From a virus: a stretch of 61,754 bases of DNA. Shown here piece by piece: positions 45,153-56,400 of the stretch. Where the stretch lies: the IMG/VR virus record IMGVR_UViG_3300017613_001703; one strand, written 5' to 3'. The number at the start of each line of letters is the position of its first letter. Position 1 is the stretch's first letter. The notes under the pieces were generated by a model. That model was not told the origin of the DNA, did no database searches, and saw only the letters and a program-made list of their open reading frames with translations. A program made the position numbers and the translations under genes.

Positions 45153-45853
45153 TGCCACCCGCAGTAGTAGCAGGAGGGTTTGCAGCCGTTGGAGCTACGG
45201 CGATAACAACTTCGGTTGTGTCTGCCGTTTATGTCGGTGCAGCAGTTGGCGCGATTGTTGGTGCAGCCACATCGGCCATAACCGGTGGTGATATTTTAGA
45301 AGGTGCCTTAAAGGGTGCCATCATTGGTGGGGTGACCGGTGGTGTGGGTGAGGCACTATCGGCGCCGGCCCAAGTTGGGGTCAATGTTGCAAAAGTAGGT
45401 GTTGACGGTGTTACCGGTGCCGAAGCTGGCCACATGGCTAATGCGGGAATCGAAGCAGTAAGTGCGGGAGGCACGACAGGGGGTGTTGGAGGGGGTGTTG
45501 GAGGGGGATCAGGGGGAAGTGGAGGGGGCTCAGGGGGTGTTGGAGGGGGATCAGGGACAACAGGCGGAACAGGAAATGGCTTTCTTTCTGGTGCCGCCAA
45601 CTGGATAAATAACAATCCAATGCCTGCTACCTTGCTTGCTCAGACGGTAGGGGGCGCGGCCACCAGCATGGCAGACGCCCGGTCTACCGAAAAACAGCTT
45701 GAAGCCGACATGGAACGAGATCGGCTGTTAATCGATTCAAAGAAAGTGTCCGGGTTGAGCAATATGGATATCAAGATTGCCTTGCCGACCATTGGCGCTT
45801 TTGCCGAGAAACCAAAGTGGACTGCCCCGAGTGGCGGCCTGCTTGCAACCTGA
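45152..45853 (+). CDS. Gly-rich membrane protein (233 aa), internal-virion/ejection candidate
   Basis: TAATG overlap. Hydrophobic Gly/Ala N-terminus. GGVGGGVGGGSGGSGGGSGGVGGGSG tract. Confidence 0.6.
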   Translation: MPPAVVAGGFAAVGATAITTSVVSAVYVGAAVGAIVGAATSAITGGDILEGALKGAIIGGVTGGVGEALSAPAQVGVNVAKVGVDGVTGAEAGHMANAGIEAVSAGGTTGGVGGGVGGGSGGSGGGSGGVGGGSGTTGGTGNGFLSGAANWINNNPMPATLLAQTVGGAATSMADARSTEKQLEADMERDRLLIDSKKVSGLSNMDIKIALPTIGAFAEKPKWTAPSGGLLAT

Positions 45854-45864
45854 TAGGTGAAACA

Positions 45865-46350
45865 ATGCCTGAACAAATGCAACCACAACCCCAGGGACAG
45901 GGCCTTGACCAAAGCGGGTATGACATATTCGTAGCACAAGGGTTTAAGATTCTGGCCGGCATGGGAGCCAAGCTAAAGGGAAAAGCCAGCGTTGAGCAGC
46001 TTGGCAACACGCTCTTTGAGATTGTGAAAAAGATTGAAGCCGAGGGCGCCAAGAACGGCGTTGATTTTGGCATTGAAGTTGTCCTTCATGGTTCCAACGA
46101 GATTCTATCTAAGATGATCGAAGTCGCCCAGGTGGACATTCAAGAGGAACAAATCAAGGCCGTTATCGGTGTGGCCGTTGGCCGATACATTGACAACGCC
46201 ATCAAGACCGGCAAAATGACACCGGAGGAGGTTCAGGGACTTGCACAGCAGGCGCAACAGTCTGCACCAGGGCAAGGGCCTCAACCCGGCCAGGAACCGG
46301 CCCAACCGCCGCCACAGGCCCAAAAGCCAGGCATACTACAAGGAGCGTAA
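45865..46350 (+). CDS. hypothetical structural protein (161 aa) with Gln/Pro-rich termini
   Basis: ATG 45865. Assigned by position. Confidence 0.55.
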   Translation: MPEQMQPQPQGQGLDQSGYDIFVAQGFKILAGMGAKLKGKASVEQLGNTLFEIVKKIEAEGAKNGVDFGIEVVLHGSNEILSKMIEVAQVDIQEEQIKAVIGVAVGRYIDNAIKTGKMTPEEVQGLAQQAQQSAPGQGPQPGQEPAQPPPQAQKPGILQGA

Positions 46351-46352
46351 CA

Positions 46353-47432
46353 ATGGGTTTAGATTGGACAGCGGGACTCTTGGGTGCAGCGGCCGGTGGC
46401 GCGAACGCGGTTGACAAGCTTTCTGAGGAACGGCGCAGGGAACTTGCCGAACAACTGAAGCGGGAAGCCCTGGAAGCCATTGCGGTAAGGTCTGATGAAC
46501 GCCGGCACGGTTACGACAAGTCGTTGCAAAAGACTGACATCGAATCGAGTGAAAAGATTGCCGGCGAGCGTAACGACACCAGCCGAGAAATTGCCGGTGA
46601 ACATGACGCTACCAGCCGGGAGATTGCTCAGACACGGCAGAACAACGCCTATAACATTGCCGAGGCAAGAAACACCGTTCTAAAAGACCTTGAGGCGATG
46701 CGTCAGGAAACGGATAAACTAAAGCTTGGTTCGACTGAAGAAAACACTAATGCACGCATGGTGCAGGCAAGGACAGCCGCCTTTAAAGAAGTCGGGAATA
46801 TTGTTGAACGCGGAGGATCCCTTGACGAAATAAATTCGCTCCTATCCCCTTTTAACGTTATGTATAAAATGGGCGTTATTAAGAAGGGAACAGAGGGTGG
46901 ATGGCTACAAAACGGGAGCATTTACGACAAAGGGGAACCCGATGTTACTGGTTTGGTTCTGGTAACGACAGACGGTAAGCCGGTGGGTGGCACTGAAGGA
47001 GGCGCACCGCAAACCGGCCTGAGCCCTTTTTTGTCGGATCTTATCGGTGATCCAGGAGGGGAAACCGGGATAATGTCCGACGAGCCCGGGACGGCGCAGG
47101 CTGCCGAGAGCGCACCGCCAAAAGAGGCTCAGTCCAGGTCACCAGTATCTACCGAGACTGCAGCACCAGAACGGAAAGGCCTTTTAGAGACAGGGGGGCC
47201 AGCACCAAAAGGTCTACCCGAGGATATGGCCGATTGGGATGTAACCACCAAAACAGTGAACGGTAAGAAAGTCCCGGTTGTTATTACTGATTCGGGACCG
47301 GTGGAGTTAACCCAGGAAGAATACGAGTTGTGGAAAAAGTGGCAGGCTGGTCAAGAGCCATCCGGCGTAACCGCTTTGAAGAATGCAAGAAACATAAACG
47401 AAACACCCAACCCCGGACCGAGGCCTTTTTAA
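46353..47432 (+). CDS. hypothetical structural protein (359 aa), internal-virion candidate
   Basis: Abuts the giant gene. Charged helical N-terminus and Pro/Gly-rich middle. Confidence 0.6.
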   Translation: MGLDWTAGLLGAAAGGANAVDKLSEERRRELAEQLKREALEAIAVRSDERRHGYDKSLQKTDIESSEKIAGERNDTSREIAGEHDATSREIAQTRQNNAYNIAEARNTVLKDLEAMRQETDKLKLGSTEENTNARMVQARTAAFKEVGNIVERGGSLDEINSLLSPFNVMYKMGVIKKGTEGGWLQNGSIYDKGEPDVTGLVLVTTDGKPVGGTEGGAPQTGLSPFLSDLIGDPGGETGIMSDEPGTAQAAESAPPKEAQSRSPVSTETAAPERKGLLETGGPAPKGLPEDMADWDVTTKTVNGKKVPVVITDSGPVELTQEEYELWKKWQAGQEPSGVTALKNARNINETPNPGPRPF

Positions 47433-50400
47433 TTGGAACCGCAATACGATTGGCAGACCATCCAGAGCAGCCCTGAATATTGGGATTTAAAACCTGAACA
47501 AAGGGCTCTTGCAAAAGCTGAATACTGGAAGCGATACGTTGAACCGTCCGAAGAACTGAAAGCGTACTCCCCGGAAAAGCAGGAACTCGCCAAGTCCAGG
47601 TTTTTGGAACCGGAAAACTACGTTCCTTATGAGCGTGGCTTTATCGGTGATGTTGGTTCGAGGCTTGCGCGAGGCGGTGTAGGCCTGCTTGAAAGTGTTG
47701 GTGGGGCTATGCGTCTTGCCGATGCGGATCCTACCCAGGAAACCGGGATAGTTGCCAAGGCTGGCAAGAGCCTGGCCGACTTTGCGGAAAGAACCAGGGA
47801 AGGCAGCGACTTTCTAAAACCGGACATTTCCGAAGCGACCGGAGCCGAGGGTGTTGTAAAGCGTGGTTTTGGTGGTGCTGTTGAAAGTGCCATCCCTTCA
47901 CTGGCTCCACTGGCCGGTACGATAGCCGGTGCCAAGGCTGGCGGTCTTTTGGGAACGGCACTCGCCGGGCCTGCTGGCACCCTGCCCGGCACGATCATCG
48001 GTGGCGGGATAGGTGGTATCGGGACCTTGTTTGCTACGTTTGGGTTGGGTCAGTACCAAACCACTTATGACGATACGGTGTCCGAGCTTACCGGTAAGGG
48101 CGTATCCCCGGAAGAAGCGGACATCAAGGCCAGGAAGAACGCGCTTGTTTCAGCTACAGCAGAGGCCGGTGGCGAACTGATTGGCGACCTGGCAGCCATG
48201 ACCTTCTTTGGCGTGTTCGGCGGCCAGGCGGCAAAACAACCGTTGAAGCTGACCATCAAGCAACTGTTGGGCGCCGGCAAGGTCGGATTCGCAAAAGCAA
48301 TAGCCAAATCCGTACCGTTTGAAGTCGGTTCGGAAATGGGCACCGCATATTTTCAGGCCAAGGCCGCGCAAGAAGCGGGTGTCTCGACACTTCCCCCGGG
48401 CGAGGCAATGGCCGAGGCTGTTCTTCCTGCAGTATTCCTTTCCTTAATGTTCGGTGGCGCTGTCCATGGCATGAACCATATCGAGGCCACCAACATCTAT
48501 AACGGTCTGAACTCCAAGGATCCAGAAACCCGGATTCGCGCGGCCGAGTCTATTTCATTGAGGATTAAAGACAAGGAGGAACGGCAGCAGTGGGCGAACA
48601 TCGCCACCGGTTATATTGATTCTGGCGAACAAATGCCACTGGACAAGCCGATCATCGATTTCGCCATCCAGAAAAAAGAGGATGACGGTGGCAAGACGGC
48701 TGACATCCAGAGTGCAACATCTGTTGACGAAGCCCTAAAGGCTTTTGAAGATGCGACCAGACCGCTTGCTCCATCTATCGCTGCCCTAACCGATCCACTG
48801 TACCAGGACAGACTCCAAAGACAGGGGATGATTGATCGAGAGTGGGGTTACGGTCCCGAGTCCGACATTCAGAGGCAAGCACAGTTTCCGGCGCAGACTC
48901 CCGAGGAACAGGCGGCCATGGAAGCTGCCATTGTTGAGCAGCGTAATAAGGGCCCGCGTGAACAGGCTTTAAAAGCAGCGGGTTTGCTGCAGACCTCCGG
49001 TGAAATACCCAGCCAGGGTGTTGACGAAGCGCAGCAGCGCAGGGAAGTCGGCCGGGCCGCCCTGAAATATCCCAAGCCGGAAACACCGACCGGGATAGCG
49101 TTTCCCGAAACCGGGCCTACTCCCGATCGTGTGCCGCCCGGGATGGAGAGGACCGGTGCCTGGACGCATGATCCGGTAGGTGATTATTGGAAAGGCGTTG
49201 CTGCTAAAGAAGGTTTGCTTGAGTCGGCCGCCGAGCCTGAACGTGACTTGACCGAATATTGGGCTAATGTACGGGAAAAGTACGGACTGCAGGAAGAAAC
49301 ACCCGAGCCGCCACCGGTTGACACATCCGATGCAGAGTTTAAAGCGTGGGAACAGAAAGCCCAACGGGGTTTGACCGAAGAAGAAAAGGCCGAGTTTGCC
49401 GCCGAGATAGAAAAAGCGTCTGAATACAAAGGCATAATATCCGGCAAGGGGGAAGACGGCAAGACGGTCAAGCCTGCGCCTGCCGGGAAGAACGTCAAGG
49501 GAATCGTGGTTGAAGAGGAGTTTGAACCGACATCAAAAGATGAGTTAATAGAAAAATATCGCATCTATGAACGTGAGTTTGACAAAAAGATCAAGGAACA
49601 CGGAAGCGTTAGCGCAGCAGAAACACATGCGCTTGCATCTTCTGGACTGTTGCAGGAAGGTGTTGCTGCGGCAAGACATCATTTAGGTTTGCCAAATACA
49701 ATGAAGCCAGGGACGCCTTTAATGGAACGGGAAAAACCCACCCCCCCCATCAAAGGCCCCCAGACCAAGAAAGAAAAGGCGGCCAAGGCAACAGGAGTGC
49801 GTCGTGGTGAAGTCGGTGGGAAGATGCGCGAGGGCGAAGTTGTTATAACTTCTTCTGGCAGAAAAACGTCACCGTTCCCCAAAGTATCGTTTGGCACAAA
49901 CCGCAAGGCCACCCTCACAGTTAGGAGGGGAGAACAGTGGTTAATTAAAGAAGCTGCCGAAGAAGCAAAATCAAGGGGTGACGGATTTAACCAGCGCAGC
50001 TTTGAACAAGACATTGGTGTTAAAAATGTCCCGCAGGCCAGCAAGGATTCAGCAGAGGAATACCTTTTTGGCGAACAACCGGAAATACCTAAAAGCATTT
50101 TAAAGCCGCTGATACCGAAAGAACCTATCAAAGGCCCAACCTCAAAGAAAGAAAAGGCGCTGAAGGAATACCGTGACTATGTTGCCGCCCTTTCCACCGA
50201 ACAGCGCGAGGCGGTTTCCGACCTGATTGAAAAGGAACCGAAGCGACCGTCCGGGGCGCTGTTTAAGTTGCGGAAGGCTGTTGATGCGGCGAAACCGAAA
50301 AAGGCAGCGACAGAACCAAAGGCGCCTAAAACTGCTATCCCTGTTCAAGATAAAGATTTAAAAACGATACAAGAAATAACAGACCGAATAAAATCTATTG

Positions 50401-53400
50401 AAAAACAACGTGATGAATTAGAGCCCCCTGTTGAACATCACAAGTTTGCTGATTTTGAAAAAAGACTTGCTCGATTTACGAAAAGGCATGATTTTTTGTG
50501 GGCAAAACGGGCGAAACTTTTGTCTGAACAGAAAAGCCAGAAAGACACGCCGGGACCGGAAACCAAAGAGCCCAAAGCACCGGCCAGTAAGCCAAAGTAC
50601 GGCGAGAAGAACAAACTTTTCACCAAGGATTCCGCAGATGCGGCCCGTGAATTGTTACGGAAAAAGCTCGGCCAGGTCAGCACAGGGCTTGACCCTGAAC
50701 TAGTTCAGGCCGGTATCCAGCTTGCAGGGTATCATATTGAAGCCGGTGCGCGATCTTTTGGTGATTATGCAGCAGCCATGATTGCCGACCTCGGGAATGC
50801 GGTTAAGCCTTACCTCCGTGGATGGTATGAAGCAGTCCGGTATTATCCCAGCTTTGACGCAAAGGGTATGACGGAAGCGGCTGACATAAACGAAAAAGAC
50901 TTGACCGACACCAAAAAAGTGATTAACAATAAGGAAGAAAAGGAGGTGCCTGATGGAACGCTACGCGAACCAACTGAGGAACCACCTGAAGGAGAACAAG
51001 CAGGCGATGTTTCTGGAACTGTTGAAGGCGAAACGCCTGGATCAACATTGCCGGGACCGGGGGGCCGAGGCAGAAAAGGAACTTCACGAAATGACGGCGG
51101 CAGGGATGCCGGACTTCATGGCGAACGAGATCGTGGTCAAGAACCTGCTGACAATGTAGATTATTCGATAACCCCCGATGATGCTCTCGGCGCAGGTGGA
51201 CCGAAGCAAAAATATAAAGATAATGTAGCCGCTATCCGGGTTTTAAAAGACCTCGGACCCCGCAAGGCTACACCCGAAGAACAGGCCATTCTTGTTAAAT
51301 ACGTTGGATGGGGTGGCCTGCCACAAGCTTTCCCAAAGCCTAACGGCGATGTTTCAACCGGTTGGCAATCCGAAGTCGACGAACTCCAAGACGTTTTATC
51401 GTCCGAAGAATACGCGGCAGCGCGGAAAAGCACCCAGGACGCCCATTACACCAGCGCCACCGTAGTTGGTAAGATTTACGATGCCATTAAAAAGTTTGGG
51501 TTTAAGCAAGGCAAGATCCTTGAGCCAGCCATCGGCACGGGTAATTTTGTCGGCCTCATGCCTGCATCTATTCGCAGCAGGTCGAGCATAACAGGGATTG
51601 AGCTTGACCCCATCACGGCGACCATAGCAGATAAGCTTTACCCGAAACAGCGCATTGTTAATTCTGGGTTTGAATCAGTTTCAATAGCGCCGGGTAGTTT
51701 CGATCTTGCTATTGGCAACCCGCCTTTTGGTGATAAAAAGCTATTCGATTCACAACATCCTGAGTTTAAATCCTTCTCTATTCATAATTTCTTTTTCGCC
51801 AAAAGCCTTGTCGGTTTGCGTCCTAACGGCCTTTTGTCCATGGTGGTAAGTTCATCAATGATGGATAAGCGCGGAATGGACCAGCGTAAATGGTTGGCAG
51901 GCAGGGCCGAGCTTGTTGGGGCAATCAGGCTCCCGAACACTGCTTTTAAAAGCAATGCCGGCACAGAAGTTACAACTGACATCCTGTTCCTACGAAAACT
52001 GATGGACGGCGAACAAATCCCAGACGCTAAATGGATAGATTTAAAACCGATAGAAGCAGAGGACGGTACAAGCTACCTCGTTAATGAATATTTTGCCGAT
52101 CATCCTGAAATGGTTTTAGGTGTACCGGTAAAAAATAAGCTCCACCCGGGCGAAGTCGTTGACGGCGTTTATAAGGGAGTCGCCGGGTTTGCCCCGAATG
52201 AGGGTGTTGACCTGGGAGAAGCGATTGATGCGGCTGTATCGTTTTTGCCGAAAGATATTTATAGGGCAGGACAAACAGTTGAAGAAGTGCAACGCCCTGA
52301 GATTCTTGTTTCAGACGTTGGTTTTTCGCAACCTTACGGATATACGGTTGACGATAGCGGCAATGCTGTCCGGCGCCTACCGGATGTAAACGGCGAGCAT
52401 GTGTTTGAGCCGGTCCTGTACGCGGGTAAACCGTTGGCTGGCAAGCGCCTTGAAAAATTTAAAGGGCTCTTGAAAATAAGGGACGCGGTTAGAACGCTAA
52501 TCCGGGCAGAAATTGCAGACGAAAGCAAAGCGACTCTTGACCGGTACAGAAAAAAACTGAATAGGGTTTATGATGGTTTCGTAAAAAAGCACGGCTATAT
52601 TTCAGTGCCGGCTACCTCGAAAGTTTTAAATCAGGATCCGACTGACCTTCCCCTGTTGAGATCACTGGAGGAAAAATTCGATTCGGGTGTTTCCGCTGCT
52701 GTTGCCAGAAGGACCGGAGAGAAACCGCGTGGTCCGAGAGCAAATAAATCTTCTATTTTTACAGTAAGAACCCGGGAACCATACCGTGAAGCAACAACCG
52801 CGGCAAACGCTAAAGATGGTCTTGCGATTGTCTTGCGCGAAGACGGCTATGCTGACATTGACCGGATTGCAGAACTGACAGGGAAGACGGTTGACGAAGC
52901 GGTAAAGGACCTGGCCGACATAATTTTCAAGAACCCGGTGACTGAAGGATATGAGACTTCAGACATCTACCTTTCTGGTAACGTAAAGAAAAAACTCACG
53001 CAGGCTAAGGAAGCACGATCAAGGGATGCAGTTTATAACGATAACGTGGAAGCGTTAAAAAAGGTTCTCCCTAAAGATGTACCGGTCGAGAAAATCCACT
53101 TTGAAGTCGGAGCTACTTGGATTCCGGCCCAGGTCTACGAAGATTTTTCAAGGGAAGTCCTTGAGCGAAATGCAACGGTTCAATATATCGAGGATGTTGG
53201 TGTCTGGAACATCAAAGTTGAAAAGGGAATAAGCCCTTTTGACAGTACCCGGAGATCGGCGGCAAAAATATACACCGACTTAGTTACCGGTTCTGATGTT
53301 GCTGTTTATGAATATATAGATAAAAAACGGGTTTTCGATAGGGAAGGCACCGTAGACGCGCAACAGAAAGCGAAAGAAATCAATAGTGCCTTTCAGGATT

Positions 53401-56400
53401 GGGCGTTGAACGATACAGACAGAAGAAAGATAATATCTAAGAATTTCAACGATAAAGTAAATACGACCATTGATGGCAAGTTTGATGGCAGCCACATGGT
53501 TTTTCCTGGTATGGGAGTTATAACCACTGGCGTCAAGCGCGACGATCAACTAATGGCCCACCAAAAGAATGTTGTTTGGCGGCTCATTCAAAAAGGGAAG
53601 GGTCTTGTCGATCATGTTGTCGGAAGCGGGAAAACCTTTCTTTCAATAGCAACCGGGATTGAAATGAAGCGCATGGGCCTTTTAAAGAAACCCATGTATG
53701 TTGTCCCTAACCATCTTGTAGGGCAGTGGGCAATGGATTTCCAACGGCTTTATCCTGGCGCAAAAGTCCTTGTGATTGACAAAACAAACTTTGTTAAAAG
53801 CAAGCGGCAAGAATCTATGGGCCGAATCGCCACGGGTGAGTGGGATGCGGTGCTTGTGGCTCATTCCAGTTTTGGTTTTGTAAAGATGCCGTATGAATAT
53901 GAAAAGAAATTCTATGCCGACCAGATTGCCCAATACGAAGCGGCAATAGTCGCACTTTCCAAGTCAGAAGGGAAAAAGTCTCGGTCCGTTAAACAGATGG
54001 AGAACGCCAAGGATAAACTCAAATCGAAGATGCAAGCCTTGGCTAATCGACCAAAGGATGCAACGGTTGACTTCTCCGAGCTTGGTGTTGATGCCCTGTT
54101 TGTGGATGAGGCGCATGAGTTTAAAAACCTGTTCTATGCAACTAAACGCAACAGGGTAGCAGGGCTTGGGAACCAAAAAGGAAGCCAAAAAGCCTTTGAT
54201 ATGTTCGTTAAGACTCAGTTTATTAGCGAAACGAACAACGGCAGAGGGGTATTCTTTTTAACCGGCACACCCGTTTCAAACTCCATTTCTGAAATGTATA
54301 CAATGATGCGGTATCTTGAATATGACCGCATGAAAGAAATGGGTATCCGACATTTTGACCAGTGGGCAAATATGTTTGCGTCTGCTGTTTCAGATTGGGA
54401 GGTTGACCCATCTGGGACACGGTATCGTCTTCAGACAAAAATGGATTTCGTTAATGTCCCGGGATTAATGGCGTTTTATAAAGACTTTGCCGATGTGGTT
54501 AGCACAGACGATTTGCAAAAATGGGCCAAAGAACGTGGGCAGACTTGGCCTATTCCAGACATAAAGGGTGGAAAGCCTGAAACGGTTGTTGCTGAAAAGT
54601 CGGACCTGCAAAAGAACTTTATGGATTGGATTGTCCAACGGTTTGATAATATGCCGTCCGATCCAAAAGAAGATAATCCGCTGAAAGCAACCGGCGAGGC
54701 AATGAAGGGATCGCTCGATATTAGGTTGATTAATCCATCCTTACCTGACCATCCGGGTTCCAAAGTCAACCTTGCGGTAAAGAATATTACAGCAACTCAT
54801 AAAAAATGGAACGCCCGGAAGGGAACTCAGCTTGTTTTTTGTGACTTGAGCGTACCAAGCAAAGCAAAGGGTAAACACACTGCTGAAATAAAAGCACTTC
54901 AGCAACGAATCCGCAAACTTGAAACAAAACTTGAAGCGGAAACAGATCCAGAAAAGCTGTCAAGTATTGAAGAAGAATACACGAAACTGACAGACAAGTT
55001 TGAAAAATATTCGCCTGCCGAGCTTATGGCCGCGAGTTCAAAGTTTTCAGTCTATGACGATGTAAAGGCAAAGCTGATTTCTAACGGGATACCTGAAAAC
55101 GAGATTGCTTTTATCCATGACGCTAACACCGATCTTCAAAAAGAAGACTTATTTTCAAGGGTTAGGAATGGTCGTGTTCGTGTGCTAATCGGGTCAACAA
55201 GCAAAATGGGCGCTGGCATGAACGTTCAAAATCGTTTAGTTGCCTTGCACCACCTTGACGCACCATGGAGGCCGAGCGATCTTGAACAGCGTGAAGGCCG
55301 TATTATCAGGCAGGGCAACAAGTTTTTCATGGAGGCCCTAAAGAAAGGCGAGAAATTTGCTGTTGATATTTTCCGATACGCCACAAAAGAAACGCTGGAT
55401 ACAAGGCGCTGGCAGATAATCGAGCGCAAAGCGAAAACGATTGAACAGCTCAGAACTGGCAACCTTCAATGGGGTGAAGTGATTTCAGACACTACGGGTG
55501 CCGCCGCGAACGCCGCAGAAATGAAGGCGGCGAGTAGCGGGAACCCGCTTATACTTGAAGAAATCCAGGCAAAAAAAGACCTTGAAACTCTTGAGATGGA
55601 AAAGCGGTCAGACCGGTCAAAACGTTTTGGGTTCAAAAATACTATCGAGCATAGGGACAAACTTGAAAAGAGTTATAAAGGCGACCGCAAGACCATTGAA
55701 AAAGACATAAAATTTATTGAAAACCATCCGAGAGATAACACCCCAGAAGGTTGGTCGGTTTTCATCAACGAAAAACAATACACGGCAAAGGGCCTTATAA
55801 GTGTTCCTAAAAAATACGAAGGCAAGGACAAGGGCGAAAAGAAAGCCAACGCGAAAGCGATTAAAGATGCAACAGAAAACAATGCCAAAGCCCTGAAGAA
55901 AGCAAAGGCCGATTTTGAAGTTGGCATTAAAAAAGAACTTGTCCCGTATCTTGTAAGGGACTTGAAGGCTAATCTTGCAGATTTTACCGTATCAATTAGA
56001 GGAATAGAGTTTGATGTAACCAGGAACCATTATTCACCAACTATAAATTTTGAGCCAAGCATTGGTGTGGCGCAAATTTTTAGCCGTGCGTTATGGCACA
56101 GTTACGGGCCCTCTTATGATGTGAGAGATTTGAATTCAGACGGTCTTTTTGTTGAAGGGCTTATTATCCGGTTGCACAATGCTATCGGCAGCATGGTAAA
56201 TGATAGAGAAGTCGCCGAACAAAACATGAAAAAGAATCGGGAAGAAGCGAACCGGGAAGCCGACATTGCCGATCGTGGCCTCAAGAAACCTCCGTTTGAT
56301 GAAACCAAGATTCAAGATGCCCGGAAAAAGCACACGGACATTTTAACTCAACTTCAAACAGAAAGCGCAAACGAGCCTACCGAGGTTCCTGATTTTTCAA

